The notes: generated by a model not told the origin, from the sequence alone. A stretch of DNA of 64,000 nt from Camelus dromedarius (GCF_036321535.1 NC_087436.1:69070001-69134000), one strand, 5' to 3'; numbered from the stretch's first letter, positions 39,480 through 53,404 are shown. Program-made: numbers and translations.

Positions 39480-39890
39480 GTGCTATTTCCATTCCCATCT
39501 ACTTCTTTTCTTTATGTGCCTTTGAGGTTGGAAAGTAAAAACTACGTTACCCAGATGTCCTCGCTGTTAGGGTGGCGGATGGGTTTGGGTTCCACCAATC
39601 AGGGTCAAGAGATCGTGGACAGGACCCGCCACAGCGGCTGGTTTTGATGCTGCGAACCCAGGCGGAGCCTGTATTGTTGTGCCCGCCGCAGCCGCTCGGT
39701 TTGACGACTTCCTAGTGGCGGTGCTGCTTCGGGAGTGCAGGTGTGGCGGTGTGATTCTGGAGGGTGGAAGTCGGTCCCAGAAGCGCCCTAGCCCTGCCAT
39801 CACAAAGAGTTTAAGCCGTCTACACCCCGGCAGTAAATCCTTCCTGCTTGAGCGACAGAACCGTGAGCAACTGAACCATAGCCAATAGCT
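39480..39890 (+). mobile_element. LTR33-like ERVL LTR, CpG-rich
   Basis: ggaaagtaaaaactacgttacccaga...gggttccaccaatcag...taaatccttcctgctt...actgaacc follows the recalled LTR33 layout. Confidence 0.65.
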
Positions 39891-40396
39891 CATCCATAAG
39901 GTGAATACGACACATCAATTTAAAAATCACATTGTCAAAGTTAATATTTAATGAAACTGGAGTATAATTTAATAATCATTTATGTCAAAAACTGTTTTCT
40001 TAAAGGACGACTGTGTCTTTAAGAGCAAATAATTGCATTCATGTGAGTAGTTCAATGTGGTTGTAGGGAAAGTTAAAAGTGATTTTTTTAAGACAGAGCA
40101 TTTTAAAAGATTTCCCATCTGCCTTTCAGTTCAGCGGCAATTCTGTTGCTCTGCTCCCCAGTTTCCCTCGAAAGCATTTGTTTTTAGGTGTAATCCAGTT
40201 ATCGACTAAAGTAGTCTGTCCTGTGTCATTCAAACAAGTTTGGCTCAAATCCACATAAATGGTAGAATTCCTGCATTCCTCCTGGTTTCAATTGCTCAGC
40301 TAATTCTGGGGAAAAGAGGGAAGGTGTTGGGAGGGTGACTTTGGTTTTTTTTCTGAACAATTAATCTAGTGATTTTTCTGCTTGTTCCCTTAGTTG

Positions 40397-41780
40397 TGTT
40401 AAATTAATTAAACAAGGAGGCCATTAGACTGAGGTGGCTATAAATACCCTGTCAGCCTATATAAGCAAACCAAAACCTAAGTCCATAAATACCAAGGTTA
40501 CCAAATGAAAACCTAAGGACAACCAATATCCAAAATATATAAACTGCTCATACAACTCAACATCTCCCTCTCCCTCTCTCTCCCTCTCTCTCTCTCTCTC
40601 TCACTCACACACACACATGATTAAAAAATGGGCGGAAGACCTGAATGGACATTTTCCCAAAGAGGACATGTATATGACGTGAAAGTGGCCAACAGGCACA
40701 TAAAAAGATGTTCAGCATTGTTAATCAAGAGAGAAATGCAAATTAAAACCACAATGAGATATCATCTCATACCTGTCAGAATGGCTATCATCAAACAGAC
40801 CACAAATAACAAATGTTGGCGAGGATGTGGAAAGGAACCTCATACACTGTTGGTGGGAATGTAAATTGGTGAAGCCACTGTGGAAAACAATATGACAATT
40901 TCTCAAAAAAACTAAAAATAGAACTACCATATGACCCAGCAATTCCACTCCTAGTATATATCCAAAAAAAACACAGAAACACTAATTTGAAAAGATACAT
41001 GCATCTCAATGTTCATAGCAGCATTACTTACAATTGCCAAGATATGGATCAACTTAAGTGTCCATCAACAGATGAATGGGTAAAGATGATGTGCTGTGTA
41101 TAGATAGATAGACAGGTACATGGGAATACTGCTCAGCCATAAAAAATAACAAAAGTTTGCCATTTGCAACAACATGGATGGACTTGGAAGATATTATGCT
41201 AAGTGAAATAAGTCAGACAGAGAAAGACAAATACTGTATGATACCACCTGTACGTGGAATCTAAAAAATAAAACAAACTAGTGAATATAACAAAAAGGAA
41301 ACAGACTCACAGATCTAGGGAAAAAACTAGTGGTTCCTAGTGGGAAGGGGGGAGGAGCGAGATGGGGATAGGGGATTAAGAGGTACAAACAATTATGTAT
41401 AACAAAATAAGCTGCAAGGATATATTATACAACACAGGGGATAGAGCCAATATTTTATAATAACTTTAAAAACTGTGAATCACTATATTTTATACCTGTA
41501 ACATATATACTATTTTACATCAACTATATCTCAATTTTTTTTGATTAAAAAAAAAAAAAAAAACCAAGATCAACCAATCCTAAACAGCCAGTTAGGCCTT
41601 AAGCTATAGCCAGTAGATAATTTCCTTATTTTGCAGTCAGTCTTCTCTGTAAGTCTTTCCCCCAGTTCCTGTGAGTGCAGTGTTTCCAACTGCTTCCAGT
41701 TTGGCAAGGCACAGTTTGAATTGATTTTTGCTGAAATAAACTCTCAAAATGTTTAATTTGCCTCAGTTTATCTTTTAACA
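40397..41780 (+). mobile_element. MER93-like ERV1 LTR split by an L1 insertion
   Basis: tgttaaattaatt...ggaggccattagactgaggtggct start and aataaactct...cctcagtttatcttttaaca end. caaccaat is duplicated around the L1. Confidence 0.8.
40528..41565 (+). mobile_element. 5'-truncated L1 (ORF2 C-terminus, 3'UTR, poly-A)
   Basis: [13 protein letters not shown]...NKCWRGCG cysteine-rich ORF2 end, 3'UTR and an A tail at ~41547-41563. Confidence 0.93.
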
Positions 41781-42154
41781 GAAGAGAGAAATAGCAATCA
41801 ATTTTAAGTGATTTTTTTCCTACTTCCATTTCGTAAGACTGCTAAATCATCATATTTTCACTTAAAAAGTTTTGTAAACCTGAGAACACACCTATATGTT
41901 CTGCATATGTACCTTCTGCATAAGGTGATTATGAAGTCAATGAGATAATATATGCAATTAAATTTTAGCATTTAAGAATATAAGACCCTAGGTGTATGTA
42001 AGTGGTGAAGAAATTGACCTAAACTGAACTTACATTCTTTACAATCCTGATTCTTCTTCTATATTCCTTATTTCGATTAATGACATCTTTTAGATGCTTG
42101 TCAAGAGCAGATGTTATTTCCTTCTCTGGGCTAGGTTTAACTTTAGTTCTTTTA

Positions 42155-42300
42155 TTTTTTTTGGGGGGGGGTTAGGTAACTAGGTTTATTTACTTATTTA
42201 TTCATTTTTTTAATGGAGGCGCTGGAGATTGAACCCAGGACCTCGTGCATGCTAAGCAGGTGCTCTACTACTGAGCTATAACCTCACCCTTCTCGCCCCT
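42155..42300 (-). mobile_element. tRNA-Ala-derived SINE (vic-1-like) with TSD
   Basis: TSD gttctttta at 42146-42154 and 42301-42309. Confidence 0.9.
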
Positions 42301-43719
42301 GTTCTTTTAAATTAAGCGATGAGAAGAAAATTTCAGAGCAGCAATAATGGTAGAACACACTACTCTGGGATTTAATAAGTAAATACGTGGAAAATAAATA
42401 AAATGATTATTGCTAACATAATGATCTCAGCCTTATTTCTAAATAATAGGAATAGGCAGAAAGAAGGCAGAACACGTCTTTCTTTTGAAGCAATCATCTG
42501 TCTAGTCATGCCCCAGAAGCCCAACCACTTATTGTGGCTAAAACTGTATGTCCTGCTCCTCTTCTCTCTAGGAAATGAAGTTGTGGTAAAACTACTACCA
42601 ATAACAGCAACAATAAAACTTCCATCTTTTAAGCACCTACTTCTATGTGCCAGATGGCACACGTGCTTTACTTGACAAATCCATGCAGTAACTCTCTGAA
42701 GCAGGTATTCTGATACCCACATACCTGCAGATTAAGAGGCAGACTAGGAAGAGGTTAATTTGACCAATAGCTCCTAAGTGGCAGAGTCACAATTAGATCA
42801 GAGAGCCTGATCCAAGAGTTCCTAAAGAGAGATAAAAATTTCCAGAGGCAGGCTCATCACAAACCAAATTACAAGATGCATAGAGAAGTTGATAGAGTTA
42901 TTATATTCAAATGTAAATCCAATCACTTCAGTCATTTAAGATGCCTGTTAATATGGCAGGTTCCCAGACTTAAACAAGCCCTGAATCAGATTTCTGGGTT
43001 CAATACCTGGAATCTGTATTTTCAATAAGTTTTCCTTATGAATCTTACACACACTATAGTTTGAGAAATCCCGATCTGGGGGATGAAGTTCAAACTCCTT
43101 GTTTTGGCACAAAAAACAATGTCTTGGGCAGTGCCTGTCATGCAGTAGATGTATAATAAATACTTGTGGAAAAAAACCTGAGGAGGCAAGAAGGGGAGTA
43201 AGTTGAGGAAACAGATCCAGCTACTTAGGTTTTGGATAAAATTAAGGATTAATAGGGAGATAAGGAAGATAGATAAGATTACCTACAGAAATACTGCACA
43301 GATCAATTCCAATGCTGAATCCGTTTTCTGCCTTGTTTTTCTTTCTCCAAAAGGCTAAGTAGCCCTTGAAAAACAAATACAATTATTAACTAGGTGTAAA
43401 TTTAACTGCTCAGCTTTTAAATGCCTTTCATTCTTTCCCTCTTTTTATTACACCTTTCTTTGCTTGCACTGGCATGTGAGCTGATTGTTCTGGTCAAATG
43501 AGCCAGTTTAGGTGGAAGCATTGATGTACAGGAGCACAGCTTGTGTCCATGTCCTAGACACACATGCACAAAGGTAGTGGCTGCACATCTGTGTTCCACT
43601 TAGCCCACAAAATGTCTAAAATGTCCCTGGAAATTTGGCCTCAAACCTGCTTTAGAAAGTCTGGCACAATTTAACCAAACTTACCCAAATAAGAAGTATC
43701 CTAATGATTTTAAGACTTC

Positions 43720-44483
43720 ATTTTTTTAGAGTAGTTTTAGGGTCACAGCAAAATTGAGAGGAAGGTATAGAGATTTCCCATATAACCCCTGCCCCGAAGC
43801 ATAGCCTTTCCCACTATCAGCATTCTCCACCAGAGTGGTACATTTCTTATAATCAGTGAAACTATACTGACACATCATAATCACCCAAAGCCCATAGTTT
43901 ATGTTAAATAGACCTTTGATGTTGTATAGTCTTTGGGTTTGGACAAATGTATAATGTAATGTAACCATCATTATAGTATCATGCAGAGTAGTTTCACTGC
44001 CCTAAGAATACTCTGTGATCCCCCTTTTCATTCTTCCCCCACCTTCAACCCCCGACAACCACTCATCTTTTTACTGTCTCCGTAGTTTTCTTTTCCAGAA
44101 TGTCATGTATTCAGAATCATACAGTATACAGCCTTTTTGGGTTAGCTTCTTTCACTTACTAAGATGCATTTAAGATTCCTCCATGTCTTTTCATGTTTAG
44201 TAGCTCATTTCTTTATAGTGCCGAATGATAGTCCGTTGTCTCAATGTACCACAGTTTACTTATCTATTTACCTGCTGAGGAATATCTTGGTTGCTTTAAG
44301 ATTTTGGTAATTATGAATAAAGCTATTATGAACATCTATGTGCAGGTTTTCTGTGGGCATAAATTTTCAGCCCCTCTGGTTAAAAACCAAGAAGGGCAAT
44401 TGCTGGATCCCAGTAAGAGTATGCTTAATTTTGTAAGAAATTGCCTTCCAGAGTGGCTGTACCATTTTGCATTGTCACCAGTG
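43720..44483 (-). mobile_element. L1MC-type 3' region
   Basis: ggtcacagcaaaattgagaggaaggtatagagatttcccatata matches the recalled L1MC 3' end. Confidence 0.75.
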
Positions 44484-44805
44484 TGTAAAGATAAACTGAA
44501 GCATATTAAATATTTTAAGAGTTTATTTGAGCAAAAATGGATTCAAAGTGGAGAGTGCTAAACCGGAAGTGGTTAGGAGAACTCTGCTGACAAGAGTCAG
44601 GGGAAAGACTTAAACACAGAAAGCGTAGAAACAAAGAAAGGAAAATATTTGACTGGCTATAGCTTAAAGCTTAGTTGACTGTCCTTAGCGGTTTGATTCA
44701 TAACCTTGAGGCATTTACAGGCTTAGGTTTTGGTTTGCTTACATCAGTTGCCATGGCATTAGAGCCATCTCAGTGTGATGGTCTCCTTGTTTAATTCATT
44801 TAACA
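44484..44805 (-). mobile_element. Second MER93-like LTR
   Basis: Reverse complement is colinear with the 40397 LTR. Confidence 0.8.
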
Positions 44806-45172
44806 AGAGGTAAGGTTATCTGCCCAAGTCCAAGGATAAAATGCAATCATGTCTCAGAAAAAAACTGCAGCCAAAAACTAGAATGCTGTAAGACAACTAA
44901 GATGTGTGTTTTCCTTTTCTGCTTTTCCCTCTGCATTTCTTATTCTTTACTGAAAGATTAATCTTATCTGCTACTCAGTCCATATTATTGTCAAAAAGTG
45001 ATTAGCTTCAAATATTCACGTGTTAGTTATAGCTTCAGTCACACAAAGAAAATGATTCTCGGTCTTAATTCACTTCTAAATTCTACATTGCTCTCAGCAG
45101 CTGTGGCCAGGAGAGACTGTAACTATACAAATATGGCGACTCAGAGCTGTGTGTCTGAGGGGCAGTTAAGGG

Positions 45173-45598
45173 CAGTAGTATGCTGGAACTGGCTCATAAT
45201 GGCTTGTAAGAGCCAACTTAGATTTTCACAAATTTTGCAACTTGGTTGTTAAACACAGGAATTATTAAAAATTAGATTATATAAAGGTATAGTTAAGTCA
45301 ACTATATTAAAAATAAAGTAAAACATATCAAAACTCACCACTTCCTAATTATTTCAACTAAGTTGTAATATTATCTATGTTCTTGAGGTTATTTACATCT
45401 ATTGCACCTGTATGATAAAAATACTATTTAATTGTGTGTTACCACGTACTTCTCAACTCTGTTCAGTGATGTGATATCACATTGGTAGCTTCAAATAGGT
45501 CACGATGGGAGTATTTATATTACAGAAATTGGCAAACACTACAAAGAAGGTTTTTCCTTCTGGAGAGCTGGTTGTTAAATATCTACCAGCTCACCAGC
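45173..45598 (+). mobile_element. hAT-Blackjack MER63-like DNA transposon
   Basis: Terminal inverted repeats cagtagtatgctgg...ccagctcacc; repeated ggttgttaaa motif. Confidence 0.8.
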
Positions 45599-45704
45599 AA
45601 TTAAAGGAGTCAAAATACCGTTTACTCCACTATCTACTACTTATACTGTACTAGAAGGTAAGTTTCTTCAAACAAGCTATAACACAATTGATAACAGTAC
45701 AACT

Positions 45705-46430
45705 TTTTAATTATTTATTTTTTTAAATTGAAGTAGAGTTGATGTACAATATCATATGTTATAGGTGTACGATCTAATGATTTACAATTTTTAAAGGTTA
45801 TACTCCATTTATAGTTACTATAAAATATTGCCTATTATAACATACTGCTTAATATATATAAACTATATGTATAGCTTATATATTTATAGCTTAATATTAT
45901 AAAATATTGCTATATTCCCTGTGTTGTATCCTTGCAGCTTATTTTGTTATACATAATTGTTTGTACCTCTTAATCCCCTATCCCCATCTTGCCCTTCCCT
46001 CTTCCCACTGGGAACCACTAGTTTTTTCCCTAGATCTGTGAGTCTGTTTCCTTTTGTTATATATTTGCTTTATTTTTTAGATTCCACATATAAGTGATAT
46101 CATACAGTATATGTCTTTCTCTGTCTGACTTATTTCAATTAGCATAATACCTTCCAAGTCCATCCATTTTGTTGCAAATGGTGACATTTCATTCTTTTTT
46201 ATGGCTGAGTAGTATATATATATATATATATCACATCTTCTTTATCCGTTCATCTGTTGATGGATACTTAAGTTACTTCCATATCTTGGCAATTGTAAAT
46301 AATGCTGCTATGAACATTGAGGTGCATGTATCTTTTCAAATTAGTATTTTTGGGTTTTGGGGGATATATATCAGGTGTAGAATTGCTGGGCCATATAGTA
46401 GTTCCGTTTTTAGTTTTTTGAGAAACCTTC
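45705..46430 (-). mobile_element. L1 3' end
   Basis: attccacatataagtgatatcatacagtat and other L1 3' text; similar to the 40528 copy in opposite orientation. Confidence 0.9.
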
Positions 46431-46605
46431 TGTTGGGCTACACCCCACAGGCCTGTAAGCCCTGTACTTGCCCAGCCTCAAGACTGAAGAAAGAGCCCAG
46501 AGTCAGTGACAGAGACATCAATAGTTTAATAGATAGGGGATCTTACATGTCTGAAGCAAGGTCCTGCAGCGACACCCCACCATGTGTGGCAGATGGTGGG
46601 CACTC
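46431..46605 (-). mobile_element. Truncated ERV LTR end abutting the L1
   Basis: Abrupt tgttggg start and an ATTAAA-like signal on the minus strand. Family not identified. Confidence 0.4.
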
Positions 46606-47259
46606 AAATTATATGTATCCCAATTTTGGTTCAAAAAATAGGAAGGCTATTTTAAGGATGAGTTACTGCTAAGAGATGACTGTGAGTTTGGAAAGCTAGA
46701 TAATAGTTTGGATAGCCAGGTACACAAGTAACCACAACGAGAACAGCAAGTGTCAGGGGACTATAGAGCAGGTTGGGTGATACCTTAAAAAGACAAAAAT
46801 AAATAAATACATACATAGTTTTCCTTTATACAAGGTGTACATACTATGGAACATTGATTAAAATTAAATTCTATTAAAAAAAGTAGAAAGAAAAATTCAC
46901 AGTTGGGAAGCATGTTGGACTCCTTGTAGGGAGCAGTAAGGTACCTAATTCACATTTTAAGCAAATGCTGTGAAAAATAAACAACTGGAAAATAATTTAT
47001 GATGTAAAAGGAGCTCCAATTGTTTCAGAAGTTTTACTGACTTAATAACAATGCTAGCAAATGCCTCTTAGAAGTAGGAATTCCTTATTTCTTTCCCCTT
47101 CATCAAGCCATCATTATGGTGAGTTAGCTTTGATTCATTTTTGATCACCCATTGTGCCACTAACAGCATTTTAGTCTTCTACTCTGACTCTATGGCTTTT
47201 TAAAATTCATGGACTCTGGTTTCTCTTTGTGTGTCTCTCCATTTCTGCCTACCTTACTA

Positions 47260-48655
47260 TTTTTTTAAAATTGAGATATAATTGACATATAACATTGTAT
47301 TAGTTTTAGGTGTACAACATAATGATTTGGTATATGTATATATTGTGAAACAATTGTCACAATAAGTTGAGTTAATATCCACCACCACATGTAGTTACAA
47401 TTTTTTTTCTTGTGATAAAAACTTTTAAGCTTTACTCTCTTAGCACCTTTCAAATATCCAATACAGTAGTATTAATTATAGTCACCTTGCTGTACCTTAC
47501 ATCCCCATGGCTTATTCATTTTATGACTGGAATTTTGTACGTTTTGACCCCCTTCACCAGTTTTGCCCACTCCCCAGCCACCCACCCACCCACCTCATAT
47601 CCATGAGCTTGGTTTATTTGGTTTTGGTTTTGGGTTTGTTTGTTTCAATTAGATTCCACATATAAGTGAGATCATAAGGTATTCATCTTTCTTTGTCTGA
47701 CTTACTTCACTTAGCATAATGCCCTCAAGGTCCATTCATGTTGCCACAAATGGCAAGACTTCCTTCTTTTTTATATCATATTTTCTTTGTCCATTCCTCC
47801 ATTGCTGGACATTGAGGTTGTTTCCGGGTTTTGGCTATTATAAATAATATTGCAATGAACATGGGGGTGCAGATATCTTTTCAAGACAGTGTTTTTGTTT
47901 CCTACAGGTAAATACCCAGAAGTGGAATTGCTGAATCATGTGGTAGTCACAATCATATTTTCGATTTTTGAGGAATCTCCATACTGTTTTTCATAATGGC
48001 TGCATCAATTTGCATTCCCACTAAACAGTGCACAAGAGTTCCCTTTTCTCCATATCCTCTCTAACACATGCTATTTCTTGTTTCTTTGATAGTAGCCATT
48101 CTAATAGATTTGAGCTGATACATCATTGTGGTTTTGACTTGCTTTTCCCTGATGATAGTGACATTGAGCAATTTTTCACGTAACTGTTGGCTGTTTGTGT
48201 ATCTTCTTTTGGAAAAATGTCTGTTCAGTTCCTCTGTCCACTTTTAATTGGAATGTTTTAATTTTTTGATGTTGACTTTTGTGTGTTTTAAATTTATTTT
48301 TAGTATTAACCCCTTATCAGAGTTATGATTCTTCCATTCCATAGGTTACCTTTGCATTTTATTGATAGTTTCCTTTGCTGTACAGAAGCTTTTATTAGTT
48401 TGACATAGTCCCATTTCTTTATTTTTGTTTTTGTTGCCAAATCCAAAAAACCATTGCTAAGACCAATGTCAAGGAGCTTACCCCTATGTTTTCTCCTAGG
48501 AGTTTTATGGCTCAGGCCTTCCATTCAAGTCTTTAATCCATTTTGAGTTGATTTTTGTGTATTGTGTAAGATAGGGGTCTAATTTATTCTTTTTGTATGT
48601 GGATATCCAGTTTTCCCAGTACCATATATTGGGGAGACTATCCTTCCTCCATTTT
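47260..48655 (-). mobile_element. L1MA-type 3' region (ORF2 end and 3'UTR)
   Basis: ORF remnant KLLDIGLSNGFLD...KWDYVKL and typical L1 3'UTR. Confidence 0.9.
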
Positions 48656-50940
48656 TTAAGGGTCACAAATATTTATTCAGAAATGGGTAAGTAACACAGA
48701 GTCTTCTCCATTCCTTAATGGCTCTTCCTCTCCTTTTGAATGAGAGACACGGAAGAGTGGAAGGTAGAGATAGACACAGGGTTGGCTTGCCACTTTCTCT
48801 TCCCTAATTCCCACAATGACATCCTGTGGAGGAGGGGAGGCAAACAGATTCCACTCCCCATTGTATTTTATGGCTATCCAGAGGACAGCATCCAGATGGC
48901 CAGGAGCTGCAGGTGGGCTTAGTAAAACTCTGGGAAAACTAGAGCAGTATGACATGGGAATAAGAAGGGAGAGGGAAAGGGAAAGCCATGAAGGCAGGCT
49001 ACTTACCATCCCTACTCTAAGCAGAGTCCAAGCAGTGATCTGATTGTCCCCAGTACCTAAGAAACCAGGTCCTACTGCCTTGGGGTGCTTTCTTAGAGCA
49101 AGTAGAGAAAAGTTTAGGAGGAATGTCTTCCAGCTGCTAAAGAGAACTAAGTTGGTACCCATTCAAAAGGGAGGAAGGGAACAAACGCAGCACTCTTTAA
49201 AGGATCAGAGGGTAGAGCACCATCAGGTACATTCCTTGGACTCCTCAGACCTGGGCAACCTCTGAGCTGGTTTTAAACCCTGGGTTCTTCCTGCTTAACA
49301 GACTTAACTGTGGAAGTATGAGTTTCTAGGTTTTTCTTCTTCACTGGGCTAGCCCTAAGCAGGTCACCAGAATCTCTTAGTGCCTCAGGTTCCCTTGACC
49401 TTTCAGTCTTATGCCTTTCACAGCACTTGCTACTGATCTTGTAGAATCCTTCTTCTCAATTTGTTCCAAGTCTGCCAGCCTGGATTCCTATTACAGTCCC
49501 CCCAGACCAGCAGGAGACTAAGAATGACACTGGAGCAGCTCTGTCCTGGTTTTCGTGGACTTCCCCTGGGTTCTACAGGACTTGTCTCCAATACAGTTAG
49601 ACATTGGGAGTTAGGGCTTCAACATACGAGTTTTGGGGAGACATAGTTCAGTCCAGAGTAATACCCTAAGGCAGAACGAACAAATTAAAGTTGAAGTTAC
49701 TAGAACCGACATAGGATAGCTGTATAGGTACTGTTGACTGCTATGAATAGAAGTACAGAGCCAACCTCTGGTAACCCTGCATGGAGGGAGTCATGAAACT
49801 AAGTAATTCAACTCTTACTATCTTCCTACTCTCAGATCTTCTGTGTGTGCCTTCCCTTGTCTGCACTCAGCCAAAACCAAGGAAAGGAACCAACTGAGCA
49901 GTCTCCATAGGTCAGCTTTTTAAAGTACGGAGCAGGGTAGAGTGTAAGAAAAATGGGTCAGGGCAGCCAGAGAGACCCAGCACACCCCTGTACCAAGATG
50001 CTACCAAGAAAAGAGAAGAAGAGGAAAGAAAAACTCTGAAAGACTAAGCATTTACTCAAAAGAAACTTACCTCTTCAATAAAATAAAGATGACAGTAATG
50101 TCTCATGGGGTTATTAGATGGATTAAGTGAAGTAAAACACAGGCAGCATTCAGAGCAGACTTGGCAGTGCTCAGTAAATGTCATCTATCAATGTTGTTAA
50201 AAAGTAAGCAGAGCAACTTCGAAATTCCAGAATTCTTTAACTATCCCAGGAGTAGATAATTATTTTTTAAGCTGAGCAGAATTCTTTTCTTTTTTTGGAA
50301 GTACTTATATTTTGAAAATCTGTTTCCTATTAAAAGACTTAAACCAATAGAATTCCTATTAAAGAATGCATGCAAGGCTGCCTTCTGTGGTACATGTAAA
50401 AGCTAAATGAAAACTTGACGTTGACATCTTAGTGCAGAAGAAAATGTTCAGGTACCTGGTTTCAAATCAAAAGATTATTACACTTCCAAATTTTAAAATA
50501 CCCTGCAATATCTAGATATTTAGATTTTTATTGATTTTTTTCAATTGAAAATATAACTGCTGTTATAACGTTTGTTGAATCTAACTCACAAGTTGGTTGT
50601 GAAGTTTAAATGAGATAGTATATGTGGAAAGGAAGTTCTAAGTAAACGTGCTAGTCAAGGTTAGTTATTTTAAGAGTACATAATATACTAAATTGTTCAG
50701 GCAGGAGTTCAGTGCTACATCAAGGCCTCTGCTGTGTTACACTCAAGAGTTCAGCAATGTTTACTGTGGCATATTTAATGTAACTTTTCCTTATGTTTGG
50801 GAAGTTCTGGAAGAGCTTCAGGCAAGTCTGATACCAAAAAGGACCCAGTCTTGCTAGGAGCCAAATGTGAACTGAGTCAGATGCCAGAAGGTGGTGCAGA
50901 ATACAAATTTAAATATTTTTTTCAAATACATATTTTCATA

Positions 50941-51030
50941 CTTTTTTTTTTTTTAATGGGAGTTCTGGGGATTGAATCCAGGACCTCGTGCATGCTAAGC
51001 ATGTGCTCTACCCTGAGCTGTATCTTCCTC
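50941..51030 (-). mobile_element. tRNA-Ala-derived SINE (vic-1-like)
   Basis: ggggattgaatccaggacctcgtgcatgctaagcatgtgctcta preceded by poly-T. Confidence 0.88.
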
Positions 51031-51289
51031 CATATTTAAATATTTTTTAGTGATTCCCATCAAGGTATCTTTAAGTCTTTTTAAATCTATTTCAAGTGAC
51101 TTCAGGAAGTTCCCTTCTCTAGGGGTTTCTGCAGACCTTCTATTTCAGTCCTCTGTTCTCCTTAGGATTTCAAGTCCTGTGGCCTCTTTTTCTTGGTCAG
51201 CCCAGAAAGACCCTTGAAAGGCCTACGTCCTTCACAGATGTTTTCCAAAGTGGAGCAGCTACAGTATGAACAATTCCTCTCCTCTTTTT

Positions 51290-51575
51290 TAACTTTATTT
51301 TTTCCCCAGTTCTGATTGACAAATGAACATTGTACATATTTAAGGTGTACATTACATGTGTAAATTGTGACATGATTACCACAATCAAGGTAATATACAC
51401 ATCTGTCACTTCACATAGTTATAGTTACCATTTTTGTGTGTGTGTGTGGTGAGAACACTTACAATCTGCCCTCTAAGCAAATCTCAAGCAAGTAAACAGT
51501 ACAACACTATTAACTAGTCACTGTGCTTTCATTAGATCCTAGAACTTAATCATAGTATAACTGAAAGTTTGTAGC
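51290..51575 (-). mobile_element. L1MA 3' end fragment
   Basis: ttgtacatatttaaggtgtaca...ggtgagaacactta. Confidence 0.7.
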
Positions 51576-52638
51576 TCTCCTAATACTGTATTCTATTATG
51601 CTAAACCTATTAGTGTGTTATTTTATAAAAACACCTAATCCTTACTAGGCATGGGTGAAGACGGAGAAGGATAGTCAGGAACAGCAAATCAGGTCCTGCC
51701 ACATTCTTACACATTAGCTTACGGAGGCACCCAGGCAGAAACAAGAAGAGAGGCTGGAATGTGCAGGCAAGCTAAGCTTTATGCATCTGGAGGTCCAGAT
51801 AAGTATTTCAATAAAGGATACAGAGTCCGGTCCCAGGCTGTCCTCTCACCTACACACACTTGGTTTAGGAATAGGAAATTTTCTTAAATCTGCATCAAGC
51901 TCTTCAGAATGAGCAGAAACAAGGCCCCCTAGTGGAGAAAGCCCAGAGACAAAGACTATAGGAGGGTCAGTTTCTTTTCTGCTGTGACCAACTATTTTAA
52001 ACACAATTACCTGATGCAATGATGAGCACTAGAAATTTGCCTAAAATTCATGCGTAATTTTAAAAAATGAAATTTTTAAAAGATGTTGAAGAGAATAAGG
52101 TAACCCTCATGTACTCACTAATGTCATTGCTTTGCCATGTCTTTCAGGTCTTTCTTGTCTTAAATAAACAAAGCATATCTGATGAAAGTTTAGTCCTTGT
52201 ACCCCTTCTCAGTTCTATTCCTTCCTCCTTTCCTAGAAATCAACACTGTTCGGAAGATTACTTCTGGACTATAATACAATTTTATATTTTCCATACATTA
52301 TTTCTGCATCTATAAAAGAATACATAGTTTTTTTTTAACATTTAAATAATAGTATCATGGTACTCTGAGAGCTCCTGTTTTACTTAACATTATGTTTTTG
52401 AAATCTAACCATGTTTATACATGTAGCTCTTATTTTTGATGTTGTATTATATAACTGTATATGAATATAACACAAATTACCTATACATTTAATGCTGTAT
52501 TGCATGCCTAGGTATGATTGTGTCTTTATTCATATAGTTGTCTTACTTTAAAAAGTACCACACTATCTTGATTACTATAGCTTTATGATACATTTTTCAT
52601 AAAGTTTAATTTATTCATTTTATTATTTTTCTAAGTAA

Positions 52639-52771
52639 TTTTTTTTGCAAGGGGAAAGGTAATTAGGTTTACTTATTTATTTACTTTCTAAGTGGAGGTA
52701 CTGCAGATTGAACCCAGGACTTTGTGCATGTTAGGCATGCACTCTACCACTGAGCTATGCCTTCTCCTGCC
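52639..52771 (-). mobile_element. tRNA-Ala-derived SINE inserted in an old L1 fragment (~52520-53175)
   Basis: ggaggtactgcagattgaacccaggac...ctctaccactgagctat; flanking L1 text ttgattactatagcttta...ttgaatctatag. Confidence 0.85.
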
Positions 52772-53404
52772 ATAAGTCGTCTTGAAATCAGGTAGTGCTA
52801 GACCTCCAAAATTTTTCTTGTTTTCCAAAATTGTTTTGACTATTCTAGGTCCTTTTCATTCCCTACAAACTTAAATTCACCCTGCCAACTTCTATAGGAA
52901 AACCCACTGAGATTTTGAATAGGATTGCTTTGAATCTATAGCTCAATTTAGGGAGAAATGACATCAATCAGTATTGAGTCTTTCAATGCATAATGAGTAT
53001 GTCTTCATTTATTTAGGTCTTCTTTAATTTCCCTCAACACTGTTTTATAGTTTTCGGTATTCCTAAGTGTTTTATGTTTTTAATGCTATTGTAAACATTT
53101 TAAAATTTCATTTTCTGATCGTTTGTTGCTATATTTAGAAATACAATTAATTTTTACATATGGCATTGTGTATTACTTATCTAGTGCTGGGTAACAACAC
53201 AGCCCCCAAATTTAGTGGCTTAAAAACAACTTTTATTATGTCTCGCCATCTTTGGTTCAGGAATTTCAGAATCACTTAGCTGGGCAGTTCTGGCTTAGGA
53301 AATTGCAATCAGATTAGGGCTTCAGTCATATAAAAGCTGATCACTTTGAACTTGTGTACACTGGATGTTTACATTTTATAGGAGTAGATATATGGAAAGT
53401 CCAA

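Noticed and set aside
48677..49265. 161-aa and neighbouring ORFs
   Set aside because: No recognisable domain or exon structure; likely chance in repeat-derived or intergenic DNA.
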